Assembly (NCBI GenBank): GCA_041640655.1
Contig: JBEPZV010000021.1
Span: forward strand, 1-40,380
Origin: a bacterium
Lineage (GTDB): Bacteria; Acidobacteriota; Blastocatellia; HR10
Direction: 5' to 3'
DNA: 40,380 bases
The translations under genes and the position numbers were made by a program. Under the pieces are notes generated by a model. That model saw only the letters and a program-made list of their open reading frames with translations, was not told where the DNA came from and did not search any database. Below, in pieces: positions 1 through 9,155 of the stretch (the first letter of the stretch is position 1; each line of letters opens with the position of its first letter).

Positions 1-96
1 TGTCTCCAACGAGGCCGTCAGCGCGCGAATGAGCGTGCTCACCTGAAAGAGATTGTTGAAGCTGCCGTTGGACACGATGATCGCGACTTTCTTCAA
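1..96 (-). CDS. 5' part of a gene running off the window; possibly DsrE/DsrF-like (DrsE_2) protein
   Basis: TTG start at 96 preceded by GGAGGGGGG; reads MKKVAIIVSNGSFNNLFQVSTLIRALTASLET with no stop to position 1; not in the ORF track; family guess from the N-terminal beta-alpha pattern only. Confidence 0.5.
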   Translation of the reverse strand, partial: MKKVAIIVSNGSFNNLFQVSTLIRALTASLET

Positions 97-184
97 CGCG
101 CCCCCCTCCGTTTGCGTGAGATCCCGCATCGCGCTTGAGAGGACGAATTGTAAACGAACCACGGGGGTCCGAACAACGGCCCGC

Positions 185-213
185 TTGACTTCTTCCGCGG
201 CGATCTCTAAGCT
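185..213 (+). promoter_or_regulatory. sigma70-type promoter, probably giving a leaderless or near-leaderless mRNA
   Basis: TTGACT(185-190)-17 bp-TAAGCT(208-213); ATG 8 nt downstream at 222; no SD. Confidence 0.6.
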
Positions 214-221
214 CAGCGAAG

Positions 222-1715
222 ATGAGCGATCCCGGCACACGGCGATGGCTGCTCTCGCATCGCGCGAGACGAGGGCTCCTCGGCGCGCTGCTCCTACTTC
301 TGCCCCCGGCGCCCGCCGAGCTCCAACGCGGGCGCGCGAGGACGTCTCCCCTGATCGTCACTCTCTCGGCCGAAGAGGCGGCGTCGGTGCTTCGCGCCCT
401 GCGAACGAATGCGCCCGAAGAGCTGGCTTCCGTTCTAGATGGGCCGACGTTCGCTACCGAGTGGGCCGAGTGGGCCCGACGCCACGACGCGCGGATTCGC
501 GCGCGCCTCGTGCGCGGCGAGGAAGACTCCTTGATCAATTTCCTCCTCTTCGGGACCTCCTTCACGCGCCGTCCCCGCGTGACGGCCAAAGATGTAGAGG
601 CGCTCGCCCATCGCGCGATGACGGAACAGGAGCTCTCCGAGCGTGTGAGTCAGCTCCTGCGGGGGCGCCTGGAGGACCTGCTGAGGGCACTCGCCGCGCC
701 GGGGGGAAACGAGCGACTCCTCTTTCTCCAGCAGCTCCTTCGGCGAGAGGGCTACGATCCGCGTTCGGCGACCGATCGCCCTCGCCTGCGCGCCCACGTG
801 CTGCTGCTATTGGCACGCGCGCTCTGGGAACAACGCGCGCTCGCGCACGCCGCGCAGGAGGCCGAGCGGACCGCGACCCCGGCCGAGGAGTTCCTCCTGC
901 GCTCGACCCTCTATCGCACGCGCGGACTCTCGCTGGATACATCGTTGTGGCCGAACTTCGCCCTCGAGGAGGCCTTGAGGGCCCTTCATGCGCGAGGCCA
1001 CATCCCCGCGCGGAGCGTGCGCACGGTCGCCATCATCGGACCAGGATTGGACTTCACGGACAAACAGGAGGGGTTCGACTTCTACCCCCTCCAAACGCTT
1101 CAGCCCTTCGCCCTCGTGGATGTGCTGCGCCGCCTGGAGCTGGCCGACGCCTCGGCACTTCGCGTGTATGCGCTCGATCTGAGCGAGCGCGTCATTGAAC
1201 ACCTGCTGCGGGCTCGGCAACGAGCGCACCGCGGCCTGGGATACACGATTCACCTCACCCTGGACCCCGATATCCCCTGGAGACCGGAGGCCCGCTCGTT
1301 CTGGGAACGCTTCGGGACGGCGATCGGAACACCCACGACGCCGGCTCGCGTCCCCCCCGAACTCGCCTCACTCCGGCGGCGCGCCATTCGCGTTCGTCCG
1401 GACGTCGTCCGGAGCGTGATCCCTGTGAACGCCAATATCGTGCTTCAACACGTGGAGCTCCCCGCTCGTCAGCGGTTCGACCTCATCATCGCGACGAATG
1501 TCTTCGTCTACTATGACACCGTCGAACAGAGCCTGGCGATGAAAAACATCGAGCAGATGCTGCGACCGGGCGGATTCTTGCTCTCGAACAACGCCCTGCC
1601 GGAGCTCCCGGTGACGCGCCTGCGATCCATCGGCTATTCGACGACCATCTATTCGGATCGCCCAAAGGACGGGGATCACATCGTCTGGTACCAGCGCCTG
1701 GCGGACGACCGGTGA
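222..1715 (+). CDS. Class I SAM-dependent methyltransferase with CheR-like C-terminus and a predicted N-terminal signal peptide
   Basis: AIIGPGLD motif I-like; FDLIIATNVFVYYD...MLRPGGFLL resembles the CheR C-terminal motif; N-terminus ARRGLLGALLLLLPPAPA. Confidence 0.65.
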   Translation: MSDPGTRRWLLSHRARRGLLGALLLLLPPAPAELQRGRARTSPLIVTLSAEEAASVLRALRTNAPEELASVLDGPTFATEWAEWARRHDARIRARLVRGEEDSLINFLLFGTSFTRRPRVTAKDVEALAHRAMTEQELSERVSQLLRGRLEDLLRALAAPGGNERLLFLQQLLRREGYDPRSATDRPRLRAHVLLLLARALWEQRALAHAAQEAERTATPAEEFLLRSTLYRTRGLSLDTSLWPNFALEEALRALHARGHIPARSVRTVAIIGPGLDFTDKQEGFDFYPLQTLQPFALVDVLRRLELADASALRVYALDLSERVIEHLLRARQRAHRGLGYTIHLTLDPDIPWRPEARSFWERFGTAIGTPTTPARVPPELASLRRRAIRVRPDVVRSVIPVNANIVLQHVELPARQRFDLIIATNVFVYYDTVEQSLAMKNIEQMLRPGGFLLSNNALPELPVTRLRSIGYSTTIYSDRPKDGDHIVWYQRLADDR

Positions 1716-1750
1716 GGGCTCGCCCTTCCTCCGGAGCCATGAGCGGAGAA

Positions 1751-1780
1751 GGGCCTCCGGGCGACGAAGCCCCGAAGGCC
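1751..1780. terminator. Hairpin between convergent genes
   Basis: GGGCCTCCGGGC-gacgaa-GCCCGAAGGCCC; no clear U tract. Confidence 0.45.
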
Positions 1781-1789
1781 CCACGCTCA

Positions 1790-4700
1790 TCAGAAGATGA
1801 GCTTCACGGCGAACTGCACGTTCCGGCGGCCATCCTTCTGCGTTCGGATCGTCTCGGTCGAAGAGACGTCCGCCTCGCTGCCGAGCACGAACGCATTCGC
1901 GTGATTGAAGGCGTTATACAACTCGGCGCGGAATTGCAGGCTGAACCGCTCGGTGATGGCCGTCGTCTTGTAGATCCCCACATCGAGGACCCAAGAGCCG
2001 GGGCCGCGGAAGAGGTTCCGTCCCGTCATGCTCGCCGGATACGGACCGAACTCCGACGTGCCCGTGATCGGATGAACGTATCTGCTATCGAACCGACCGG
2101 CCAAGTTCAGATAGGTGAACGTGCCGGGCGTCGTCGGATCCGCCGGTGGATTGTCGGGTCCGGTCCGGGAGACCGGTCCGGTCGCGAACATGCGCGGGCA
2201 GACCTCGAAGAACGCGTTCGTGCAGTCGAACACGGTGAACGGCGTCCCCGTGCTCGCGGAGAAGATCGGAGCGATCGTCCACCCGTGCAGGACGCGCCGC
2301 GCCACGCCTTGCAGATTGCGGGCGAACGGAATGTCCCAAATCCCGCTGATCACAAAGCGGTGGCGGACGTCGAAATCGGCATTCCCGCGATCCAGCCGGG
2401 GATCGAACGGATCGAGCAATCCGAGATTGAAGTTGTTGGCCGACTCGCTGAAGGTCGAGCTGAGATTATCAATCGTGTGCCCCCACGTGTAGTTGGCCAC
2501 GAAGGTCAAGCCCGATCCGGCGACGTTGTTGCCCGTCACGCGCACGTTCAGGGCATTGTGATTGGAGAAGGCGTTGTTGCCGCGCCGATTCAGGAACGTG
2601 TACTGCGTCTGGCGCAGGCGCGTGTTGCAGCTCAAGGGATTGCCCGCCTGGCACGGATCGCCGAGATAGACGTTGCCCGCCCCCGCGCGATTGGGGTTCT
2701 CGAGCGAGTACAGGTCCACCCCCTTGGAGCCCGAATATTCCAGGGCGAAGACGAGATTGCGCACGACCTCACGCTCGAAGGTCAGGCTCCACAGATGCGC
2801 GAACGCCGTGCGGATATTGGCGTCCACGTTGCGCAAGCTCACCGGCGGCAGCGCCTTCGTGCCGGTCGTGCCGGCCAGCGGCCCGGCGACGTCGGTGGGA
2901 ATCGGAATCGAGGGGACGTCCACGCCCGCGATGAGCGCGATCACGGCATAATTGGGCGGATTCTGGATGACGTTGAACGTCACGTTCCCGAAGTTCCGCT
3001 CATAGCCGATCCCATATCCCCCCCGCAGGCTCGTCTTCCCATCCCCGAACAGATCCCAGGCGAACCCGAGGCGCGGCGCGAAGTTGTTCCAATCCTTCTT
3101 CCACAGCCCCTTGATGGGACTGAGGGGGACGATGGCCACGTCGCCATTGCGGATCCGCTGGAAGATGTTCCCCCCGCCGCCGTCGTAGTAGTTGGAATCC
3201 AGGCGCGGATCCTTGTTGTGCTGGACGCCGAAGTACTCCCAGCGCATTCCCAGATTGAGCGTGAGCCGCCGCGTCGTCCGCCACGAATCCTGGAAATAGA
3301 CGGCGAATTCGTGGTAGCGATTGCTGCGGCTGAAATTCGGCTGTCGCACGGGCAACGTCACGATGCAGGTCGGATCCGGTTGCGCCGGATTCCGGCAGGG
3401 GAACTTCCCTTGCGGATCAATCGCCGAGGCGAATTGCCGCAGCTCGCCCCGCAGGAAGTTATCCATCGCTTGCTGGATCGTCGCGCCCAAGGTCGCCGAG
3501 GGGTTCTGGTACGCCCCGAACGTGCGATTGTCCTGGATGTAGACGTAGGAGCCGCCGAAGCGGAACTGATGCGCGCCCGCGACGTAGCTCACGTCCTGAT
3601 AGGCCTGCGCGTAATTCTGCGGCCCGCCGAAAGGAATGCCCGACCCGGGATTGAAGGGCAAATAACCGGGCAGGGCCGCCAGCGTCCCCAGGAATCGCGT
3701 CGTGACCGTGCGGAAGAAGAGCGTGGGACTGGAGGGCTGCTCAGCCAACGGCTGCACCGTGTTCAACCGATTGTAGACGAGCTTGGACTGCGTGATCAGC
3801 CGCGGACTCCACGTGTGCGTGAGCGAGAGCAGGATGCTGTTGTTGGTCGTCTCCTGCCCCGTATCGAATCCCTGGTAGGGGCTATCGCTGACAACGCCCT
3901 TGAACAGCTCCCCCTTCTCCAGCGCATAGCGGGCATAGAACTGGGTGCGATCGCTGATGTTCCAATCCACGCGTCCGATCAGATCGGTGGTGTTCTGCGG
4001 ATCGCCCCCGCCGGAATTCGACGGACGATTGTAGCTGACGCGATAGAAGATCGGGAACGTCGGGCCGAGCGTTCGATCGCACACCGATCCCGGCGCGCAC
4101 GGATCGGCTCCGGCCGCGATGAGGTCCTGCCGTGTGATGGTCGCCAGTCGCACCAGCCCCGGCTTCAACGTCCCATAGCGCTGGAAGAAATTGCGCGTCG
4201 CGGGAGCGGCCGCCCCGATGAACTGCTCCGTCGGCACCAGGACGAACCGCGTCGCCGTACTCCGCACCCGAATCCACTCGGTGCTCTGGAAGAAGAAGAG
4301 TTTGTCCTTCTTCACCGGCCCGCCGATCGAGTATCCGAACTGATTGCGCGTGAAGACGGGCTTCTCGATCCCATTGGCATTGTTTTGGAAACTATTGGAT
4401 GCCGCGGCCGAGACGCGATTGAACTCGTAGACGGTCCCATGAAACTCGTTCGTCCCGGACTTCGTGGCCACATTCACGATCCCGGCCGAAGCTCGCCCGT
4501 ACTCGGCCGTGAAGTTGTTCGTGATCACGCTGAACTCCTGCACGGCATCGAGCGGGATGCTCTGTCCCACGGCGGCGACGAACTCATCGTTGTTCGCCGC
4601 GCCATCGAGCAAGACGTTGGTGCCGGCCGCCCGCTGCCCATTGATCGCCACGCCCACACCGCGCCCGGTCGGATCGGCCGGCGAGACGTTCCCCGCCGTC

Positions 4701-5191
4701 ACCACCAGCGCATACGGATTGCGCGTGAGCGTGGGCAGCTCGACGATCTTCCGCGAATCAATGACCTGAGCGATCGTCTGCGTCTCCGTGTTCACCAAGG
4801 TTCCGGCCTCAGCAACGACCTCGATCTCCTCCACGGGCCGCCCGACCTCCAACGTGAAGTCCAAGGCCACGCGCGACCCCACGGTCACCTGCACGCGCCG
4901 TTTGGCCGGAGCAAACCCCGGAGCCTCGACCGTCACCTCATAGACAGCCGGAAGCAGATTGGTCACCACATAATTCCCCATCTGGTCCGTCGTCGTCCGA
5001 CGCTCCGCGCCTGTCACGACCGACCGCACCGTCACGGTCGCCCCAGGAATCACCGCCCCATTGGGGTCCATGACGACACCGACGATCTGCCCGGTCTCCG
5101 TCTGCGCTCGCGCCAGACCGATCCCGACCAGAATCAACAGGGGAATCGCAAACCACCTCACCAGATGTCGCTGACTCCAACGGTCACGCAT
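1790..5191 (-). CDS. TonB-dependent receptor, Oar-like, with carboxypeptidase regulatory-like N-domain
   Basis: Signal peptide ending ARA-Q; GQIVGVVMDPNGAVIPGATV; ELPTLTRNP plug; AEYGRASAGIVNVATKSGTNEFHG; C-terminal RNVQFAVKLIF. Start moved to ATG 5191 (SD GGGAGGGAG). Confidence 0.92.
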   Translation of the reverse strand: MRDRWSQRHLVRWFAIPLLILVGIGLARAQTETGQIVGVVMDPNGAVIPGATVTVRSVVTGAERRTTTDQMGNYVVTNLLPAVYEVTVEAPGFAPAKRRVQVTVGSRVALDFTLEVGRPVEEIEVVAEAGTLVNTETQTIAQVIDSRKIVELPTLTRNPYALVVTAGNVSPADPTGRGVGVAINGQRAAGTNVLLDGAANNDEFVAAVGQSIPLDAVQEFSVITNNFTAEYGRASAGIVNVATKSGTNEFHGTVYEFNRVSAAASNSFQNNANGIEKPVFTRNQFGYSIGGPVKKDKLFFFQSTEWIRVRSTATRFVLVPTEQFIGAAAPATRNFFQRYGTLKPGLVRLATITRQDLIAAGADPCAPGSVCDRTLGPTFPIFYRVSYNRPSNSGGGDPQNTTDLIGRVDWNISDRTQFYARYALEKGELFKGVVSDSPYQGFDTGQETTNNSILLSLTHTWSPRLITQSKLVYNRLNTVQPLAEQPSSPTLFFRTVTTRFLGTLAALPGYLPFNPGSGIPFGGPQNYAQAYQDVSYVAGAHQFRFGGSYVYIQDNRTFGAYQNPSATLGATIQQAMDNFLRGELRQFASAIDPQGKFPCRNPAQPDPTCIVTLPVRQPNFSRSNRYHEFAVYFQDSWRTTRRLTLNLGMRWEYFGVQHNKDPRLDSNYYDGGGGNIFQRIRNGDVAIVPLSPIKGLWKKDWNNFAPRLGFAWDLFGDGKTSLRGGYGIGYERNFGNVTFNVIQNPPNYAVIALIAGVDVPSIPIPTDVAGPLAGTTGTKALPPVSLRNVDANIRTAFAHLWSLTFEREVVRNLVFALEYSGSKGVDLYSLENPNRAGAGNVYLGDPCQAGNPLSCNTRLRQTQYTFLNRRGNNAFSNHNALNVRVTGNNVAGSGLTFVANYTWGHTIDNLSSTFSESANNFNLGLLDPFDPRLDRGNADFDVRHRFVISGIWDIPFARNLQGVARRVLHGWTIAPIFSASTGTPFTVFDCTNAFFEVCPRMFATGPVSRTGPDNPPADPTTPGTFTYLNLAGRFDSRYVHPITGTSEFGPYPASMTGRNLFRGPGSWVLDVGIYKTTAITERFSLQFRAELYNAFNHANAFVLGSEADVSSTETIRTQKDGRRNVQFAVKLIF

Positions 5192-5389
5192 TGTCTCCCT
5201 CCCAATAGCGAGATGTCTCGCGAGACCCCAACCCTCGCGAGCGGAAAAATCGGCCCTCTCCGGAGCGACTGTGGAGGAGGCCCCCGATCTCCAGCCCCGG
5301 CTGCTCGTCAGAAGGCCGCCTCCCCAGACAGTCATCCGGGTCGGCATCACTCCTGTTCAGCCACTCATGCATGCTCCGTCGTTTTCTAC

Positions 5390-5404
5390 GCAAAAATCGT
5401 GCCG
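5390..5404 (-). promoter_or_regulatory. sigma54 (-24/-12) promoter of the TonB-dependent receptor
   Basis: Minus strand reads CGGCAC-GATTT-TTGC, matching YGGCAC-N5-TTGC with exact spacing, about 200 bp upstream of ATG 5191. Confidence 0.7.
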
Positions 5405-5481
5405 CGATGCGAGATTTTCGATAACTCCAGAGAGACGAAGCCGTTAGCTTCATGACGATCCGGCGCCCATCTTCGCGAACT

Positions 5482-5534
5482 TCCGAAAATCTGGAGATTT
5501 CATCCGAAAATCTGGAAATCTCCAGGTTTCCGGA
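5482..5534. promoter_or_regulatory. Triple TCCR-N6-YGGA site, candidate bEBP upstream activator sequence
   Basis: TCCGAAAATCTGGA at 5482-5495 and 5503-5516 (identical, 21-bp spacing) and inverted variant TCCAGGTTTCCGGA at 5521-5534; about 80-130 bp upstream of the sigma54 site. Confidence 0.6.
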
Positions 5535-5648
5535 AGGCGCTCGGCGATCCGCTCAGGAGGCCAGCGCTCGCAGAAGGCAGCTTCTCGAAGGCCGTTCGCT
5601 GAGCGCGCGGCTTTCGTCTTCTGAAGAGACGCAGTACAATAGTGGCCT

Positions 5649-6425
5649 ATGGACGACGACAAGCTGGTCATCGCCGGTCGTGAATTTCGCTCGCGATTGA
5701 TCGTCGGGACGGGGAAGTATCCCTCGCCGGAGATCATGGTGGAAGCGCACCGGCGCAGCGGGGCGGAGATCGTCACCGTTGCCGTGCGTCGCGTGAACCT
5801 GGATCGGCGGGAGCCTTCCCTGCTCGACTACATTGATACGAGCCGATACCTGCTTCTGCCGAACACGGCGGGCTGCCGTACGGCGGAAGAGGCGATCCGC
5901 ACGGCGCATCTGGCGCGCGAGGCGCTCGGCACGCCCTGGCTCAAGCTCGAAGTCATCGGCGATGAGCTGACGCTCTTCCCCGATGTCGAGGAGACGATCA
6001 AGGCAGCCCGACAGTTGGTCAAAGAGGGATTCATCGTCCTCCCCTACGTCAACGACGATCTCGTCGTCGCGAAGAAGCTGGTGGACCTTGGCGTGGCCGC
6101 CGTCATGCCGCTGGCAGCTCCTATCGGCTCCGGCCTCGGCATTCAGAACTACACGAACCTGCGCATTCTCCGCGAGCAGATCACCTCGGTTCCACTGATC
6201 GTGGACGCGGGCGTGGGCACAGCCTCCGATGCGGTGATCGCGATGGAGATGGGATATGACGGCGTCTTGATGAACACGGCGATCGCTATGGCGAAGGACC
6301 CTCCGCTCATGGCCGAGGCGATGAAGCTCGGCATCGAAGCCGGCCGGAAGGCCTTCCTCGCCGGACGCATTCCCAAGCGCCTCTACGCGAGCGCGAGCAG
6401 CCCGCTCGAAGGCATCGTGCGATAG
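5649..6425 (+). CDS. thiG: Thiazole synthase
   Basis: [27 protein letters not shown] (Schiff-base Lys), [32 protein letters not shown]. Confidence 0.97.
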   Translation: MDDDKLVIAGREFRSRLIVGTGKYPSPEIMVEAHRRSGAEIVTVAVRRVNLDRREPSLLDYIDTSRYLLLPNTAGCRTAEEAIRTAHLAREALGTPWLKLEVIGDELTLFPDVEETIKAARQLVKEGFIVLPYVNDDLVVAKKLVDLGVAAVMPLAAPIGSGLGIQNYTNLRILREQITSVPLIVDAGVGTASDAVIAMEMGYDGVLMNTAIAMAKDPPLMAEAMKLGIEAGRKAFLAGRIPKRLYASASSPLEGIVR

Positions 6426-6449
6426 CCGCTCACACACAGGGAGAACGGG

Positions 6450-7355
6450 ATGAAGTCACCAGGTCTCGGCCTCCTACTGTCGGTGATCCTGTGGAGCGAA
6501 CCGCACGTCTTGAAGGCTCCTCAGCTTCCCCCTCCGCCTCCCGCGAGAGAAGAGGGGTGGACCCTCGTCACCGCGCTGGTCGGAAATGTGGATGAGGATC
6601 CGGACCTCGAATACCTCGTCGTCCTGCGCGCCATGCCGCGCGACGCGAACGCGGAAGGCGGCGTGCGCCTCCGCTTCTTCGACTTCGATCCCGAATCGCG
6701 GACCTGGATGCCCACGGAGATCACCAATGAGAGTCAGGAGAGTGAGTCCCGACTCTTCCCACCGGAGACGACGGTGACGCTGGAGGACATCACCCATGAT
6801 GGCCGAGCGGAGATCATCATTCGCTCGCGAAAGCCTGCGGAATCGCCGGGCCAGGCTCAGGGCCTGACGATCTTGACCAAGCAGGGACGATACCTCCGCC
6901 AGCTCTTCGCCGCCTGGGAAGGCGCGCCCGAGCTGCGCGACCTCGACGGTGACCGGATCATGGAGATTGTGCTCTACGCCGAATATGTGGGGCCCTTGAG
7001 CCCGGAAGATGCCGTCCTCTATCCGGCGCAGGTCTTCGCGTATGAGGGGGGCGTCTTTCGTCGCGCGTCCCTGCTCCGATATGCCGCCCACTTCGCCGAG
7101 ATGGCAAAGGCAGCGCGCGCGGCATACGAAGCGTTCAAGTGCCAATGGGACTCGCAGCCCGAGGCGGAACACGATCCGAGGAAGCTCTTTCGCTCCATCG
7201 CACACGTGCTGCTGTTGTACCGAGCCTCTGAGGACACAGAGGGAATGCGCACGTACTACCTCGTCGAGCGCTCGTGGCTCCGCGCGCAACTGCCGCCGGC
7301 GTACCTTCAGGCCCTGGATGATCTCCTCACCCCTCAGGCGTCTCTGAGGCGGTGA
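6450..7355 (+). CDS. Hypothetical secreted protein with FG-GAP/DxDxDG-like Ca-binding motifs
   Basis: Hydrophobic N-terminus; GNVDEDPDLE, EDITHDGRAEI, RDLDGDRIMEI motifs; SD GGGAG; 3' end overlaps the convergent ATPase gene by 29 bp. Confidence 0.6.
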   Translation: MKSPGLGLLLSVILWSEPHVLKAPQLPPPPPAREEGWTLVTALVGNVDEDPDLEYLVVLRAMPRDANAEGGVRLRFFDFDPESRTWMPTEITNESQESESRLFPPETTVTLEDITHDGRAEIIIRSRKPAESPGQAQGLTILTKQGRYLRQLFAAWEGAPELRDLDGDRIMEIVLYAEYVGPLSPEDAVLYPAQVFAYEGGVFRRASLLRYAAHFAEMAKAARAAYEAFKCQWDSQPEAEHDPRKLFRSIAHVLLLYRASEDTEGMRTYYLVERSWLRAQLPPAYLQALDDLLTPQASLRR

Positions 7356-8286
7356 GCGTGTTCGCGAAAAAGCGCTCCAGCGGACTCCGCAACGGACTCA
7401 CCGCGATCACCCTCCCGCCGAGCTGCTGAATCACGTCCACCCACTCCCCGACATCCGCCGATGTAGGCGCCTGAATCCGCACCAGAGCGCGATCCGCGTG
7501 AACCGCACATCCGCGAGCGCGAAGCGATGCACACGCGCGCGCGTCCAGATCCCGCGCGAGGATCTCCACCATCCCACCTTCACCGGAAGCCGCCAGTGCG
7601 ATGGGGGAACCACAAGCGCGCAGCCGACCGCGATGCAGCAGCGCCACGCGATCGCAGATGGCTTCGGCCTCAGCCACCACCGCCGTGCTCAAGAAGATGG
7701 TCTTCCCTTCTTCGCGCAGGCGAAGCAGCAGATCGCGCACCTGGCGACGCCCTTCGGGATCAAGCCCTCCCATTGGATCGTCCAGGATGAGAAGCTTCGG
7801 GTCATGGAGCAGGGCTTGCGCCAAGCCGATACGGGTCAACTCCCCGCGCGAGAGCTGTCGCATCAGTCGGTCGGCGACCGCCGTGGGGATCCCCACCTGA
7901 TGCAACACGGCAGCGATGCGCGCTGCCCGATCCGTGCGCGAGAGCCCGAAGAGCCGACCGAAATAGTCCAACAGCTCACGCCCGGTCAAAGCCTCGGGGA
8001 AAGAGGGATGCTCCGGCAAGAATCCGAGCTGCGCGCGCACCGCCGGCTCCTCCGGCGAGCGACCGAAGAGGCGCACTCTCCCAGCCGTCGGTCGGATGAG
8101 ATGCAGCAGCAGCTTGACCGTCGTCGTCTTCCCCGCGCCGTTCGGCCCCAAAAGGCCGAAGATCTCCCCCTCACGCACCTCCAGCGTCAGATGGTCCACG
8201 GCTCGATAGGATCGGCGACGGAGCCATCCGCTCGCATAATCCTTCGTCAGATTCTCGACGGCGATGACCGCGGACATAGCGTTCAC
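7327..8286 (-). CDS. ABC transporter ATP-binding protein (PilH-like) with degenerate catalytic motifs
   Basis: Walker A GPNGAGKTT; signature LSRGE; Walker B LILDDP; H-loop FLSTA. Start is GTG 8286 or ATG 8277. Confidence 0.88.
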   Translation of the reverse strand: MNAMSAVIAVENLTKDYASGWLRRRSYRAVDHLTLEVREGEIFGLLGPNGAGKTTTVKLLLHLIRPTAGRVRLFGRSPEEPAVRAQLGFLPEHPSFPEALTGRELLDYFGRLFGLSRTDRAARIAAVLHQVGIPTAVADRLMRQLSRGELTRIGLAQALLHDPKLLILDDPMGGLDPEGRRQVRDLLLRLREEGKTIFLSTAVVAEAEAICDRVALLHRGRLRACGSPIALAASGEGGMVEILARDLDARACASLRARGCAVHADRALVRIQAPTSADVGEWVDVIQQLGGRVIAVSPLRSPLERFFANTLTASETPEG

Positions 8287-9155
8287 AATCGTGGGAGGAT
8301 GAGGGGGGACTGCGGCGAGAGGCGCACCGCTCCCGTCCGTGGATCCAACTCATACAGATGCCCCATGGGATCGCGCGGCAGATGTCCCAGGAGCCCCTCA
8401 GCGATCATCTCCGGCCAGGAGGCGGGCCACCGTCCGCGCGCGCGCTGGAAAGCTCGCACAAGAGTGTGCAACCGCTCCAGCTCCTCCTCGGCTTGCAAAC
8501 AGAGAAGTTGATACCGCGCGTTCTCGCGCACCTGCTCGCTCTCGCCATGCTCGAGCCGATCCTGCCAAATGCGCCGCGCGATCTCGCGGCGTCCAGCTCG
8601 CGCGTAGACGGCCGCCGCCAGGTCTTTCGTCCAGGCGGGCGCTTGCGGATGCCGACTCACCCGCAGGAAGACCTCCGCCGCGCTCGCGTAATCGCGCAAG
8701 TCCCATAGGAAGACGAACCCCTTGTCGAGCAAGAGCCGCCATTCTCCGGGATTGGCCGCTATCCCTCGATCCAAGAGCGCCAGCGCGCGATCCGGTCGTC
8801 CCGCCCCTCGCGGAGGCGGCAGCGCCAAGAAGATCGCCCCGAAGCGATAGGCGGCGATGAACTGCGGATCCAAGGTCGTCACGAGCGTGAGCAAATGCTC
8901 CAGATGCTCGAACCGCGCCCCGGGCCGAAAGGCGCGCTGCCCATAGTATTGCACCGTGCGGAGCCAATAGAGATCGGCCAAGAGCCCCTCGAATCCGAAA
9001 CTCCACCGCCTGAGCGCCTCCGCCGAGGGAAGCCAAATGACCTCGCCCTCTTGCGGAGATGCCTGAACGCGCGCGTCCAAGTGCCGGTGCGCCACGACGA
9101 CCCCTGCGCCCCCGAGGATGAGGACAATCCCGACGATCACCGATCGGCCCGTCAT
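8283..9155 (-). CDS. Membrane-anchored TPR-like protein (PilG/XapA-like accessory of a pilin-linked ABC system)
   Basis: N-terminal TM; FGFEGLLADLYWLRTVQYYG and TTLDPQFIAAYRFGAIFL; helical repeats; C-terminal DPMGHLY; ATGA overlap with the permease stop. Confidence 0.7.
   Translation of the reverse strand: MTGRSVIVGIVLILGGAGVVVAHRHLDARVQASPQEGEVIWLPSAEALRRWSFGFEGLLADLYWLRTVQYYGQRAFRPGARFEHLEHLLTLVTTLDPQFIAAYRFGAIFLALPPPRGAGRPDRALALLDRGIAANPGEWRLLLDKGFVFLWDLRDYASAAEVFLRVSRHPQAPAWTKDLAAAVYARAGRREIARRIWQDRLEHGESEQVRENARYQLLCLQAEEELERLHTLVRAFQRARGRWPASWPEMIAEGLLGHLPRDPMGHLYELDPRTGAVRLSPQSPLILPRL

Noticed and set aside
1712..5455. 1247-aa + strand ORF, and similar long antisense ORFs (10409-11929, 17886-19166, 23043-24443, 28391-30448)
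   Set aside because: Arg-rich, motif-free shadows of well-supported opposite-strand genes; expected from high-GC codon bias
5482..5534. Mini-CRISPR or iteron reading of the 14-bp repeats
   Set aside because: Repeats too short, spacers 4-7 bp, one copy inverted, no cas or rep gene; position fits a sigma54 enhancer
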